A stretch of 63,853 nucleotides of DNA, filler included, from Sluysia triapertura (taxonomy: Eukaryota): assembly GCA_046118255.1 (NCBI GenBank). It is 5 parts of 5 records of this genome, joined end to end, with 100 filler letters (N's around TTAATTAATTAA, not from the genome) between each part and the next. Parts side by side here need not be neighbours in the genome. Positions count along the whole stretch, not along the records: positions 38,933 to 52,097 come from JBJNIA010055440.1; positions 52,198 to 63,853 come from JBJNIA010182392.1; 3 more parts are not named here. One strand, given 5' to 3'. Both the position numbers and the translations under genes were made by a program. The notes beneath the pieces were generated by a model that had not been told where the DNA came from, made no database searches, and saw only the letters and a program-made list of their open reading frames with translations. This document shows, piece by piece, positions 50,569 to 63,853 of this stretch. Within the stretch, counting starts at the first letter, position 1. Each line of letters begins with the position of its first letter.

Positions 50569-52097
50569 AACATATAAGAATAATTAATAAATTATAAAGT
50601 TTTAAGTAAGATAAGGTTATAATTTCATTAACCCTAATATTAAGATATAATAAATTACATTTAATTATTAATAAAGATTATTCAAGTAAGTAAGTTTTCG
50701 TTAAAAATCGATACACGACGACTATAGAGAAAAATTAAGAAACTACATGGGCATTACCGAACGATTTCAAAGAATATGAATAATGATTGGAGATAATTAA
50801 ACCCAAAATATATCCTGCAGACTTTCAATTTGGTATGAAAATCTTGTACTATCGTCTGGTATGAATTTTGAACTATCGTATTTCGTGGATTTTGAAGTGT
50901 CATTGTGTATTTCTAAAGTTTTAAGTTGAATATTTTTCGTGAGATTAAGTTTTAAGTTATGCTTATATAATCTTGTGATGACATTGAAGGTCTATAAAGT
51001 TTTTAAAATAATTAAAACAAAATAAAGTCTTTAAATTATTTATAGAAATTTTAATTTATAAAACTTAAAAATTTATATTTACTTTTTTTGTATTTATTTT
51101 TTATATCTAATATTTAATTTACAATTATATTATTTAATATTAACGTAAATATTCTTAACATATTAACCATATTTTTAACTTTTAACATATATTAACAATT
51201 ATATGTTAATAAATCACAATTTATTTCATAATTTTGTTCGTTAAATAAATTGTTATAAATTACAATGGCTAAAAATGTAAATTGCTCTTTGTTCTGAACA
51301 ATTATACAAATTATTTGACTTTACTATGTTACAAATTATTTAGTTAAATGCTACTTACAGCAAATTATATTATAAGATTATTAGTAGGCACTAATGTTGT
51401 GATATTTACAACTGATAGCGAATTATATCATTTAATAAAATTATTGACATACACTAAATTTTGATTTTATATTATTTTTATTTAATCCAAATTTAAAATG
51501 ATTTTACTCGATTATAATGCTTTTTAATTTTGATTACAAAATTGTTTGTCTATTCTATCAAATCTTTAATTTAAGTTAATTTTTATCGAGAATAATGTTA
51601 TTAATTTTTAATTACGTTCAAGTTCTATTCGATCTCAATTTAATATAATTTTAACTTACATATAGTATTCTAAATCATGTTTTTAAGATAATTTTAATCG
51701 GATTTGATGTTCTTAAAGTTTAATTTCATATTATTATTCTTATTTTAAGATAATTTATTAACTATAATAGTAAGGTTTAATGTTTCTTATTTTTAATTTC
51801 ATATTGTCTTTATTGAATCTTACTTTAGATGATTATTTATACAATTTCGCTTCAAAATTTATGTTTCTAATTTAAAATAATATAAAAATTCAGTGATAAT
51901 GATTTTAATTTTATTTTGCAATTCAAAATGAATAAAAATTTGAAAAATTAAATTAAAAATGACTTTAAAAGTAAAAAAGAAAATTTTGAAATTATGACGT
52001 TAAAATGAGTATTTTTATATTTGTTGTGTCTTTTAATACTTTTATTTTCCCAAATTATTAAATTAGAACTCAATAACTAAATAAATTCAAAATCTCG

Positions 52098-52197
52098 NNN
52101 NNNNNNNNNNNNNNNNNNNNNNNNNNNNNNNNNNNNNNNNNTTAATTAATTAANNNNNNNNNNNNNNNNNNNNNNNNNNNNNNNNNNNNNNNNNNNN
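52098..52197. other. Artificial contig spacer
   Basis: 44 N + TTAATTAATTAA + 44 N. Confidence 0.97.
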
Positions 52198-52204
52198 ATA
52201 CATT

Positions 52205-52560
52205 TTATCTGACTGATTAGAATTACCTCATTAAGGACTTGATGAAATTGATATTACATTATCAGAAAGTTTAATGGATAATAAAACAATAACAGAAATT
52301 AATTTAATGATAATTGTCTAGGTGACATAGATATTATTCCGTTTTTATTAATGTTGCGTTCTAATAATATAACAGAATTAAACTTGACTTATAATCGATC
52401 AACTCCCATATGTTCACAAAATATTAGTGAAACATTATCGAATTGCACAATACATTTAAGTCATAATCCTTTCAATAGCATTGTGTGACGTAATGTCTAC
52501 AACAATTAATTTAAAACATTTGTACCTATCTCATAATAATTTAGGCACTAATGTTTTATT
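52205..52560 (+). pseudogene. RNI-like (NLR-type) leucine-rich repeat pseudogene fragment
   Basis: Frameshifted pieces TLSESLMDNKTITEINL.DNCLGD, NNITELNLTYNR, ISETLSNCTIHLSHNPF and ALCDVMSTTINLKHLYLSHNNLG fit LxxLxLxxNxL. Confidence 0.65.
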
Positions 52561-54072
52561 AATTATGGTATAGTTTTTAGCGAAAAGATTGGTGGGACTA
52601 ATTCCAGATTTAATACTAATTGGTGTTAGATTAATCGAAAGAATAACCCAGACATCAGTCCATTATATCAATTAAGATTAGTAGCCAGGAAATTTGATAC
52701 GAAAAAATATCGGAGTTTTTGCACAATATATTAGTAATGAAAATAATAAACATTTTAACAACTTTTTACTCGGGTCTTGTTGAGTTTTGTTAATTTATAT
52801 TTGTTGCGTTATTTTGTTTTTTTATTAAATTAAATTACACAATGAATTCTTCACAAGTTTGTCTGCCTTATTAAGTCGGATTTTAATTTATTTAGAATGC
52901 AAAAATTAGAATATAAATTAGAAATTATAAATATAATTGTAATATAAGTTATAAGGAATTTGAAGATAATTGAATTAAACGTAAAAAAGTTAAAATTCGA
53001 ATGTAGTACTAAATTTATAATAAGAATCTCGTAAGCATCCTCAAAATAGACCTTAAAACTTAAGTGATATAGACGTATTTGTCTAAAATCCAACAATGAA
53101 TATTAATATATTTAAGAATATTACTTTGTTTTATTATAATCGACAGATGAATAAAACATTTGTTATTTTTATTCAAATAAATTCGTTTTCTTATTGATTT
53201 TGCCAAATTGTTTGGTCATTTATAATTGTGTGATCTTCAAATTTCACATTTTATTATGCATCTAAACTCTTTCATTTATTGTGGTTATTATACTACATCA
53301 TAGTACAATATTTTTCAATCAATTTAGACTGTCGCACTCTTTGAAATGGTCTATGTTTACCATTTCAATACATAAATAATAATAAATAGAATTACAAAAG
53401 CCTTAACAATTTCAATAGTGTTGAAAATATAATTTGAAATAAGTTTAATTGATTAATTTTAGTCATATCTAATTAGAATCTGTAGACTTGTTTCTTATTT
53501 TCAAAATTTTCTTCCTTTGAATTCACAGTATCAAATGTTATTAAAATGAGGTTTCCATAACTTTCTTGATGAATAAGCTGAATAGAATCAAAATTCTATT
53601 CAGCGATTACAACAATTTTTTAGGATTTAAAAAATTAATAACTTTACGATTTTGATTGTTTAAAATTTTTGTATTTATTTTTCAAAATATAAACATTAAA
53701 TTTCAATAACCTAATAATGTCTATAATAATTTTAGAAACAAAATATCTGATCAGCAACTAATTAGTAATAAAACAAAGGTAAATGCTTTCACAAACTTCA
53801 TATTTTTATTTTTATAGAAAAATAGGCAATCTAAAACTACATTTGGGTATTAAACAACCAAAAATATTGAAATAAAAAATTTCCTTTTGTATTTAGGGAT
53901 ACAAATCTTGTTACACAAATTCTAGGATAGTAAAAAACATTAAAACATTAATTTAGTGTTATTTTTCATAAAGAGAATACGCGAATATAAAGGTAAATTA
54001 ATACACTTCTAATTTGATTATTTAATGTGAAATTTATCAATTATAAGAAATAGTACTGGTATGGTCACTTAC

Positions 54073-54614
54073 TTTTTGGTCCAAAAATATGTGAAATGCC
54101 AAAATTGTTAAAAATTGAAAATAAGACGGCAAATCATTTGGAAATTCCTAGACATCAACATTATATTTAATGCGAAAATACTTTAAATTTTTCATAAATT
54201 GTAGAAAACATAGACACAAAATATGACTTGGAAATTGATGATCCATTAATTTTAATCCTTTCCCGCACTTCCTGGAGATGAGGTGACCTGGAAATTTTTA
54301 TTTACAAATTCTTGCATAATAAACTTACGTGTATAAACCAGTTTTAAAACCTTGTTTCGTTAAAATTCCATCGATATATGTACTGGTACTGCCTTTACCT
54401 TTAGTACCTGCAACATGTATCACATTCAGTGTTTCTAATGTTTCTAGTGTTATTCCGGATCTCTGAACTAATTCTAAGGTTCTATTCAAATAAGAGCAGC
54501 GCTTTTTATCTCTAGGTTTAGATTTTCCTATGTTAGTTATTAATCCATTTAATGACTCAATGGCTTCCTATGAAAGCTTTAAGAATTTAAAAAATTACAA
54601 ACAGTATAAGACAT
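54073..54614 (-). CDS. FPGS: Folylpolyglutamate synthase, 5' part; exons 54614-54603, 54567-54329, 54287-54182, 54147-54073
   Basis: MSYT-EAIESLNGLITN...LNVIHVAGTKGKGST...GFKTGLYT-SPHLQEVRERIKING...LPSYFQFLTILAFHIFLDQK. Introns of 35, 41 and 34 nt, all GT-AG and frame-consistent. Not in the supplied ORF track. Confidence 0.95.
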
Positions 54615-55501
54615 ATTGTTTAATCCAGTATTCATAGTTCTGATAAAGACAACAGTCATAAAACTTAACTATATAATATAATTTGAAGTTATAAGATGTA
54701 TCATTTGACGAATAAAAATGAAGTAGGCGCAATAAACATACACATTAATAATTATAATAATATAACTGTAATCAATTGCTATTGTTAGTGTACTATTCTT
54801 GATTAACAAAATACAAAAATCCTAATATATTTAATACAAATGACTTATAAATGAATTTAATAAATCATTATAATAATGAAAACTTAGTAACATAAAAATA
54901 AAGTATATTAAAACAAGCATTCATTATTAAAATTTCATCTAATTTCTAGTAGAAACAGTATATAAAGCAATATGATTCGTATAAATCTTCATATAAATAT
55001 AATACTCATTAATAATTTTCACTATATAATTGACAACATATATGCAAGTAAAATTTACTAGGAGGAATTTGCGTAGGAAAGACGAAAACTTTAAATCTAA
55101 TATGCACTGAAATTTTTATGAAGTTAAAGTTGCTAAATATTAATGGAAAACAAGTTAAAAAACATATAACTATTTAACAACAATACAGATACGAAAGAAT
55201 TAATCATTGAAATATAAATTATACAAAAATAATAAATAAGCGTGAATAATCATTGAATAAGATGATTAAATTAACTTGAAAATTTTTAATATATATATGT
55301 TGGGATTACCCAACTGTGGATCAGGAAATGAATGAAAATTACAAACATTTTTGGAATACGAATCAAAATTTAAAACATCCATAATAATGGTAATAGCTAT
55401 ATAAATAGCTATATAAATACCTGCATAAAGTGTTGAGACCATGTGGAAGCTTGAGATGAACTTGGAAAACCTTTAGAAGCATTAAGATGCCTCTAAACTT
55501 G

Positions 55502-55636
55502 GCCAAGTAGTATAATTGAATATACTGAAAATGAAATCGTTAGACGGGGGCTGATAGCTCAGTGGTAGAGCATTCGCACTGCGCATCGAAGGTCCCGGGT
55601 TCGATCCCCGGTCAGCCCATTTTACGAAGTCTAACA
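55502..55636 (+). mobile_element. 5'-truncated copy of the tRNA-carrying TG...CA element; tRNA-like unit 55548-55619
   Basis: GCCAAGTAGTATAATTGAATATA...GTTAGAC-GGGCTGATAGCTCAGTGGTAGAGC...GGTTCGATCCCCGGTCAGCCCA-TTTT-ACGAAGTCTAACA; highly similar to 25868-26001. Confidence 0.85.
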
Positions 55637-56474
55637 AAAGGATAATAATAATAATAAGAGTAATAAATAATAGTATTAAAACAAAATAATATATTTTAAT
55701 TTTGATGTTTAAATAAATTCCAAGGTCACATATCACATATAAATACATGCATTCAAAACAATATGTATTCGTTTTATAATTATAAATCGTTTATATTCGA
55801 GGTCTATTGTTGACGAGAATTTATTCAAAATCTTCAAATAATCGTTAGTTAATTTTAATTGTCCTAAAATATATGTAAAATTGTGATTACTTTTGAACGA
55901 TATTTTAATAAGATCGTAACTTTCATTAAATTGTAAAATTTCGATTATAGATTAATCGTACAAATGGCTATTAAATTTTATATATATATGTATATATATG
56001 AGTATATATATGTATACTCAAGCTTGTAAACTACCGCCATTATTGAATAACCTTATCGATTTTTACACTGTTATTCTATAAAGAGTTAATTTTACAATGA
56101 TATTTTTAAAATAGATCAGTAATTTTTTAAAATACTAAGATCAAAAAACGTTCAATCAAACCTTAGCGCATTTTAATTACGAGGTAGAGTATACATATTA
56201 TTATTATTATTATTGTATAAATTACAATAAAATCCTAATTACAAAATCGATTACTTACGAAGAAAATTATACCCAGCTTTCGTGGATTAAGATTTTCATA
56301 ACTGTAAGGAACGCTGTATGGCATAAAACCAGTTATAAGAAAATTATTAACATCCATTTAAAGTAAAATTAAAATCATACGGACTAGCGTAACTCGTATG
56401 TCTAGGATTGTAGCTGAAATCACTTTATAACCTTTTATTGATTAATTACACAAACAATTACAAATAATTGAAAA

Positions 56475-57240
56475 AGCGAAGGGCTTGTATACCACTTGTC
56501 AATTACATAACAATTGATCCCAATATCTTCTTTCATAAGTATTTGACTTACTTTTCCACAGTAAACAATGAAGTCAAGGATTGCTTTTCATTCAAATAAT
56601 TTCAACACTTTCAAACAATGTGATTTCAAATTTATGTGCTTTCGACAGAATGTTTTGTTTGAACGACAAATAACTAAACATTCGTCATTCGTAAACTTTT
56701 CAGGCAGAAAATTCAATTTAGAATAAGAATATTCTTTGGATTTGTGGTTAAGGTAATGGATGAAGGGATTTATCTAGTTTAACATCATCATTATAAATGA
56801 AGTTCATTATGGAATGTAAATATTTACTTTAGGGTGATTTTAATTTTCGCTAATTCTGCTTTAGTAACAAAATCTTTTGGTACTATTTGTGGTAATTTGC
56901 CATTATTGTATCTCAATGATTCAACTGCTTCAATTTGAAAGGTGACACGCAAGTTAGAAAAGATGATAGAAAACCCTTATGTTCTTCAATGAAAAATCAC
57001 AACCAGGATTGACACAACTGGTATTAATACAAAACATAATCAATGATGAAACCTTATACCTACTTTATACTAAACTATTTTATTTTAGTTGATTGTCAAA
57101 GAAATAAATTCAGTTTCACCGTTTTCCATTGATGAACTGAAGCAGCGTCTCTACAGCTAGAAAGTTTTCTTTTATTTCCTTAACTTTTACCTCTGTCGTT
57201 TTTTACTTCTAACTTTATGCAAAAAAGTAACAGCTTATGT
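56475..57240 (-). pseudogene. piggyBac (PGBD4-like) transposase remnant
   Basis: YLSFKQNILSKAHKFEITLF (cf. RLSFKQYIPSKRHRFGIKLF), DFIVYCGK and IDKWYTSPSL (cf. DNWYTSP) in 56475-56680; multiple stops; upstream extent approximate. Confidence 0.7.
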
Positions 57241-59915
57241 AGATGTTTTAGGAAATTAAAAATTAGAAATTAAGTTAATTAAAAAATATACTTTAATATT
57301 TTAACAAATAAAACCTTGTAAAAGGTTATTATTTTGTTTTGACTCAAATATTTTATATACTTATTTTAAAATTACACTTCATCATAATACCTTATCTTAA
57401 TTCTTTAATAACGTTTACCTTATTCTGTTATCATGAGTCCTGACCCTTATATCTATCTTTATCTTTCACTAATCCCAATAATGGTTAGTAAGAGCAAAAA
57501 TTATTGCGGAAAGAAAAGGTTGAAATTTTGGCAAAAGCAATACTGATGTTGTTAGACAGACCAGATTAAGAAGTATGGAACAGCAGTTAATCAAGATTAC
57601 AGAATAAATAGACACGTACTAAAATTAACAGAGATAATTTAAAAAGTTTATTTATGAAGTAATACATTTTTTAAATTTCTATTAACAAATCTGAACAAAA
57701 CAGTGTTCTCTTCAAGTACAGCAATTGATTTATAAGTTGAAGATTGTGCTCTAGAAATCATTCTATAATAATCAAATTGAAGTACTACAATATTAAATTA
57801 AATATTCTTATTCAAAAATAATATGAAAATGAACTAACCATTAGAGACTTCTCAAATTATCCTTAACAGTGATAATAATATAAAAATATATAAAATTTTG
57901 GGTCATATCTTATCTGAATTATAAGTAATAATTGTTTATTTCTTTTGACTTTTAAAACTCTAAAACTTACCTAACAACAAAATAGAGTAATATTCAGAGT
58001 CCGCTTACAGTATACGACTTACTAATTGCATACCTGTAAATAAAGTGAAACTAGACTTAAAAGATAACGAAGCAGAGGATTCCTTTTACATCAATATGCG
58101 TACCAGAAATTTGTGGGAGAATACATTTAAATAGATGTAAGATTTAAAAGGAAGACTTATGACGTTTGCTTTATTAAATCTAGAATATACCACTATTTTA
58201 GTAAAATAATATTATAACTAAATTTGTTGTAACCTTACTTAACTACTTCAATTATCGTCGAATACTTCAAATTTTATATTAAAATTAACGAATATTATAA
58301 AAAAAATGTATTATATCAAATTGAAAAAACTTTAATAATACAATATAATTTATACTAAAACAATAATAATATAAAATAATAATATTATAATAATATAACA
58401 ATAATAAAATAAAAGAATAATGATAATAATAATAATAGATTTTCTAATATAAAATGACCTAGACCGAAAACTCGATCTACCTAGTGTTATTTTGTAATTG
58501 ATTTTAAAGGCCAACGAAAAGATAATTATTTTAGATTTTGGTAATATTTTATAATTGGCCTTAATGACCAACCGAAAATGAAATATTTTAAGTAGATATT
58601 TTAACTCTTGAGAGTTTACAAATTATTCAAAATAAACTTACTACTTACTATAGAATTTGATAATTAACAAATTGCTGTTTCTCTAATTCAAATCGAATAT
58701 TTTGGATCAAAATGTAGTTGTTGTGAATACTTGGATTGATGAAACTCTTATATCAACTACTTGTAACTTGACTTTGTTTGACAAAAATTAATCATCAACT
58801 AATCAATTAAGCATTTAATCAGTATGGTCGCCTAATATTTTTGTGTATCTTTATATAGTCTTAATAAATTTAAATTATTAAAACAATTTGTTACAGAATA
58901 TTCTTTTTTGGAAGTTAAATTTTTAATTATAATTTTTTAAAGAAGAATAATAATAATTTTTTGCGATTTTTAATATTTATAAATTTTTATAATTTTGATA
59001 ATTATTTACAATTTTAAAATTTTTAATAAATATAAATAAATGCAAATAACCTTACTATAAGATTATTTATACAACCTAAGGAAAGATTGTATTTTAATGA
59101 AAGAAAGCTTTGAGAACAACCTTTATCTTCAACAAATTATTTTAACAAATTATTATTTCTGTTTCTCTTCGATGATTAAATCCTTTCTCTTTCGTTTTGG
59201 TTTTGATTCTTTCATGTATGTTTCATGATAAAGTGATAAATGACAGTTTAAACAAAAAAAGTGATAAATAATTAATTTATTTTACACTAACTATTGTTTG
59301 TTATTCAAAATAAACAATGTTCATATATTAAAACTCAATTTTCCATGAAAACCATATGGTTTTCATGTTCAAATTAAGCAGGGTTCATACTGAATACGGT
59401 TGACTAATTATGTAATGTAATTAATAATGCATAATTAAGTAATTAATGCTTAATTTATTAAATATAGATAATTGTAATATGGATTATATGTATTTTAATT
59501 GATTGAATGAAATGTTTGTATTATTTAGATAGAAAATAATCTTTCAATTTGTTTTTTGAATATTATAAATTTGTTTAAATAAAGTTGATTTATAAAATTA
59601 ATGTTTTTTTATTATTTTTGATATGAAATCTCATTTTAAATATATTTTTTGGTTTCAAAATCTCTGGTCTGTATATTTCCAAATTTATAATTCATAATTT
59701 CATTCAGGCTATTCATCGTCTGATGAAATAACTTCAACGATTTCTACATCATCGCTTCCAAGTCATAAGTTTTAGTTATAACTTAATATTTATAGTTGTG
59801 TTCAATATACAACGTATCTTCTTATGAAACTTAACGTGAAAATAAATAGAACTGGATTGGTTTACGTTCCACGATTTAAGGTTAGCTGGATGTGTACGTA
59901 AGTTTTCCTTTGAAT

Positions 59916-60072
59916 TGTTGGGGTAAAAAGGCTTAAGGTGCCTTTTGGTAAAATTGACAATAATAAAATAAAACTGTTAGATGACGCTGATAGCTCAGTG
60001 GTACAGCATCGAACTGCGCAGCTAGAGGTGCCGGGTTCGAAGGCTCAAATTAACTTCTTTTGATGATTAATA
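59916..60072 (+). mobile_element. Diverged copy of the tRNA-carrying TG...CA element
   Basis: Starts TGTTGGGGTAAAAAGGC like 25844 and retains GCTGATAGCTCAGTGGTA and CCGGGTTCGA; 3' part decayed. Confidence 0.75.
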
Positions 60073-62344
60073 TTTGTTTAACCTAACTCTTGGTAAGTGA
60101 ATTTGCCCCATAGAATATCTTATCGAATAGTATTCTCTTAGTTCAACAATACTCCTTGCTTATCATATAAATTTTTGTTTTTATACCAATTTATATGTAA
60201 TTTTTATTTTTATTCCCGACTTAACTCTTCCTTACTTTGTTAGTTTTTCTCAGAAGAAATGTAACAAAAGGTAAAATTCTTTATTCAAATTATTAATCTC
60301 TTTTTATTTATTAGCTTCTCACTAATAAAGTTTAATAGCAACAAAGTTTCTTTACTTATTTTATTTATTTCTTCTAAACAAAAACTAGTTTTTTTACTTC
60401 TTTTATCTATTACGAAACTCGCTATAACATTCTAAATATTTATTGTATAACAAATAAAAAAGGTGCTAAATATATAAGAAATACAAATCACAATTACTAT
60501 ACAAAGTTTTTTTACAGATTTTTAATTAGTTATTTCTTTTAGAATTTGTTATCAGAATATTGAAAATAAATTTATTATATCTAAATTAACTTAGATTTTT
60601 AAGCGATCATTTATTTTTCCGTTAATAGAAATAAGAATTGATTTTCGGTAACAAATGAATATTTGCAGATGAATATTTCACTATTGAAAACGTTGATGTA
60701 ATGTCCACAAATCTTCAATAAAGTGCTTCCTTCTGATACGATTGTTCCAGTTGTAATAATTATTGCGCCAAATCATTTAACGTAATAATGTGTTCAGTTA
60801 TTCCTGCCTCTGTTCAATTTAATTTAGTGCAATTATTTAATTAGAAAGCATTCCAAAATATCATTGTTTTAAATAACTTTATTATTTGAGATAAGGATGA
60901 AATGTTACAGCAGATGGGTAATTCATTTAATTATTATTGTTTTATTATTATTATTTCGAATTCAGGTTCGTTTTACCTTGTCTGCTGCCATAACAAATAA
61001 ATGAGTTGAAATATTGATCAGACTTTATTAATAAAAAATTTATTTAAATCTATTATTTAATATATAATTAGTTATGTAAGATGATAATTTCATTTTATCA
61101 AAATAACATTTTAAAATGAGTTATCTGGAAAAATATAAAGGCACGAAAGAGTCAAAAAAATTAAATCCAAAAAATAATTACTTTTTAAGTTAAGTTTTAA
61201 TAACATCTAGTCTTAAATTTAGTCTTAAATAATATTTAGTTAAATACACAAAAAGTTTGGTACTTTTTTGTAGAAATAATTACAGATTTTTTTTAATTAA
61301 ACAGATTAATGGAACAGATGTAAAAATTTCATATTTGTAAAATTACATTATTTGTAAAATAATTGATATTTTTTATTTTTAGCAATAAATTACCAAAAAA
61401 AAGGTAGACACTTAAATTATATTTTGTTTTATTACATCAAAAAAACTAACAATTATTCAATTTAACAATGTTATAATTTATTTTGATTTTTAAGCTTAAG
61501 GTCATTAGAAAGAACTGTGAATGAAGAATTTACAGAAGTCATCAATGTACATTTTATTGATCGAACAAAAGCAGTATTTCGAAGATATTGTGACGTTCGC
61601 TGATTTTGTTATTAATGACCTAAAAGGCTTTTATCTGGATTTACTATTAAGGCTTATTTATTTATTCAAGCAAATATCTGTTAAATATATAAAATTTTAA
61701 CTAATATAATAAATATTGGGTAATACTTCACTAAGTCAGTAAGAAAATATTCAGAACGATCTCTTATTTCATTTTAGTGTTGTGTCTCAACAAACTCAAT
61801 CTCGATACCATCAATTATAATATTTAAGGCTCACTTAATTTACACTGAGTAGTAAATTTTAAAATTTATTTAAAACTGTAATAATTGCATTCAGAGACTT
61901 AGAATGTGTCGTTGTGTTAATAAAATTCATAGAAACAAAAGATGCTTAACTTTTGAAATATTGAAGAAATGTTAAATTTAAACTTCATTTTAATATTAAC
62001 CAATTAAATCTTGATAATAAAAATATATAAAATGCTTTGCCTATGTAAAAAACAGGGAAGATATGAACAATAAAAATGCTTATCCATATGGTGATAAGTG
62101 TTCAGAATGAAACAAAGTTCTCTTTAAATAGATCATTAGTACGTAAAGAAAAAATATGGAAATCTATATTTTCACAATACTTGAAAGCTAAACTTAACGA
62201 TTTGAAGATCTGAAAACTGTAAACCTTGAAGTAAGAGTTTCCTATACAGTTTGAAATATTTGTTTTACGATATGAAATTTATTGACATTAGATATAAGTA
62301 TTATCGCATTCTGAATAAAAAATCAAAACATATATATATATATA

Positions 62345-63602
62345 TACCCTGTTTCAAAAATATATAACACCACCTATTTTTGATTTATATACAAACATAA
62401 CAAATTAATTACATAATATAATAAGTAAACATGAATAAATTAATATTTATTCATAATTTTTAGTATATTTCTAACTACTACATTGCATTTAGCCAAATAA
62501 ATTCTGCTTTAAAACCATAAAACACATTATACAAACTTTTATTTAAGAGCCTACACTACGTATTTTATCGATATTCCTCGGATTTTTCAATATCACTACA
62601 CATCGTTTTGCCATCGAATTAATCAATGTAATTACACTTTATTTCAATCTTTTCTCAAGTATCCAATATATTGTTATACTGTTTTCCTCGGCTCTACGCC
62701 TTAATTGAGGTTACGGTATATTGTTGGCCACTTTCACTGAACTTATTAAGTATAGTTTTATATCGATGGCAAGGACCGTTATCCTGATATTTTCTACTTC
62801 TTTTATCAAATCATAGTACTTATCACCATTAAGAGTTGATGGAACCACACGTAAAGTTAGCTTCTTGTCATAAATTATCTATAACTATTCATCCACCACA
62901 AATTTCCGTAGAAAAAATTTATAACCATCAGGACCATCAAAATTAAATTTTTTCTTATCTGAGAATATTATCTTGGTTCAGTCACAGTGTTTATTAATAT
63001 GATTTTCGGGAAAGTTAATTCTTGCTATTTTATGAGCATCAGAAAGTGGAGGTTTAACAAGAATTTTAATGAATTTGACCTCACCACAATGTTATTTCAG
63101 CTCTAAATCTGACATTGTGCGAGTTGTAGACAATGTTGTATTTTTCATATACCTTATTAAACTCCTTTTCTGGCGATTAGAAAGTGCCTTAGGTCAGCTC
63201 ATTTGTTTCCCTTGTTTGTTATAACTATTATTCAAATAATTGGATATCACACCGCTTGATCTGTTTAACTTTTTGGCAACACTTGCATTACTTTCTCATG
63301 TTTTTGAATAAGCATCGATTTTTCATTTTTCGTATTCTTTAAGTTTAAATCCTTGCGACGTTTATACGGTAAATATTAAAATAGTATCAATATAATGGAG
63401 GGGAATCCTAATATATACGAAAAATGTCCTATACTTTTGAAAAGCAATTTATTTAACTAAATGCAATATAGTAATTAATAGTATTGGAAACTATAAATAA
63501 GTAATAATGTATGCGTTTTTTATTCATTAAATAGTACTGTTAATTTGTTATAATATAAACTGTGTTTGTATAGGGGGTGTTCTATACATTTGAAACAGGG
63601 TA
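62345..63602 (-). mobile_element. Near-full-length but decayed Tc3-like Tc1/mariner transposon
   Basis: 33-bp TIRs TACCCTGTTTCAAA... (29/33 match) flanked by TA. Transposase remnants IIFSDKKKFNFDGPDG, YQDNGPCH and WPTIYRNLN match Tc3 VFSDEKKFNLDGPDG / QQDNA.IH / WP..SPDLN; many stops. Confidence 0.9.
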
Positions 63603-63610
63603 TAGAATAA

Positions 63611-63853
63611 TGTAAAAGTTTAGCGTGAGTTCACCAACGTACTGGGCTTATGGGTTAGGGCCAGCCGTTGGATTGTATAAATTAAAAGAATCTCAGGTGA
63701 TGCTTAAAAAGAAAAGTAAGAGAACCTCAAAGCTTAATTGTCTGAAGGTAAGTCAGACATTTTCGTTAATATATCAATAATAATAATGTTAATAAAGTGA
63801 AATCGAATCTCTAAGTGTATTTTACGTTGTTAGATTTAAACTCTAACTTTGGA
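63611..63853 (-). mobile_element. LTR fragment carrying both conserved LTR hairpins
   Basis: Hairpin motif 63625-63674 is homologous to 13416, 50431 and 56373. The TGTCTGA...TCAGACA hairpin is homologous to 49965-49980. Confidence 0.5.

Overview
Very AT-rich eukaryotic (metazoan, probably invertebrate) nuclear DNA. It is not one continuous locus: five contigs (1-12925, 13026-23935, 24036-38832, 38933-52097, 52198-63853) are joined by identical artificial 100-bp spacers (44 N + TTAATTAATTAA + 44 N). Six spliced host genes are recognisable, all partial: an ankyrin-repeat CLIP3/CLIP4 homologue head-to-head with HMG-CoA synthase, Calx-beta exons of an ADGRV1/VLGR1-like receptor, four exons of glycine decarboxylase (GLDC), a C7orf57-like gene, and four exons of folylpolyglutamate synthase (FPGS, absent from the ORF track). 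Introns are either tiny (32-41 nt, one of 85 nt) or kilobase-sized and filled with transposon debris: Tc1/Tc3, piggyBac, pogo, Penelope-like GIY-YIG remnants, nested LTR fragments, foldbacks, and a decayed NeSL/R2-group non-LTR element (zinc fingers + Ulp1-like protease + RT). Most notable observations: (i) a ~158-bp TG...CA element with a 4-bp target-site duplication that carries a complete tRNA(Ala)-like Pol III unit (4 copies); (ii) a ~50-nt covarying hairpin in 4 copies, one of them just upstream of an LTR end and tRNA-Met primer-binding site; (iii) an intronless 1.5-kb ORF fusing a degenerate mRNA cap N7-methyltransferase to an 8-residue repeat, antisense within a presumed HMGCS intron. 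All family assignments are from recalled motifs, not database searches.
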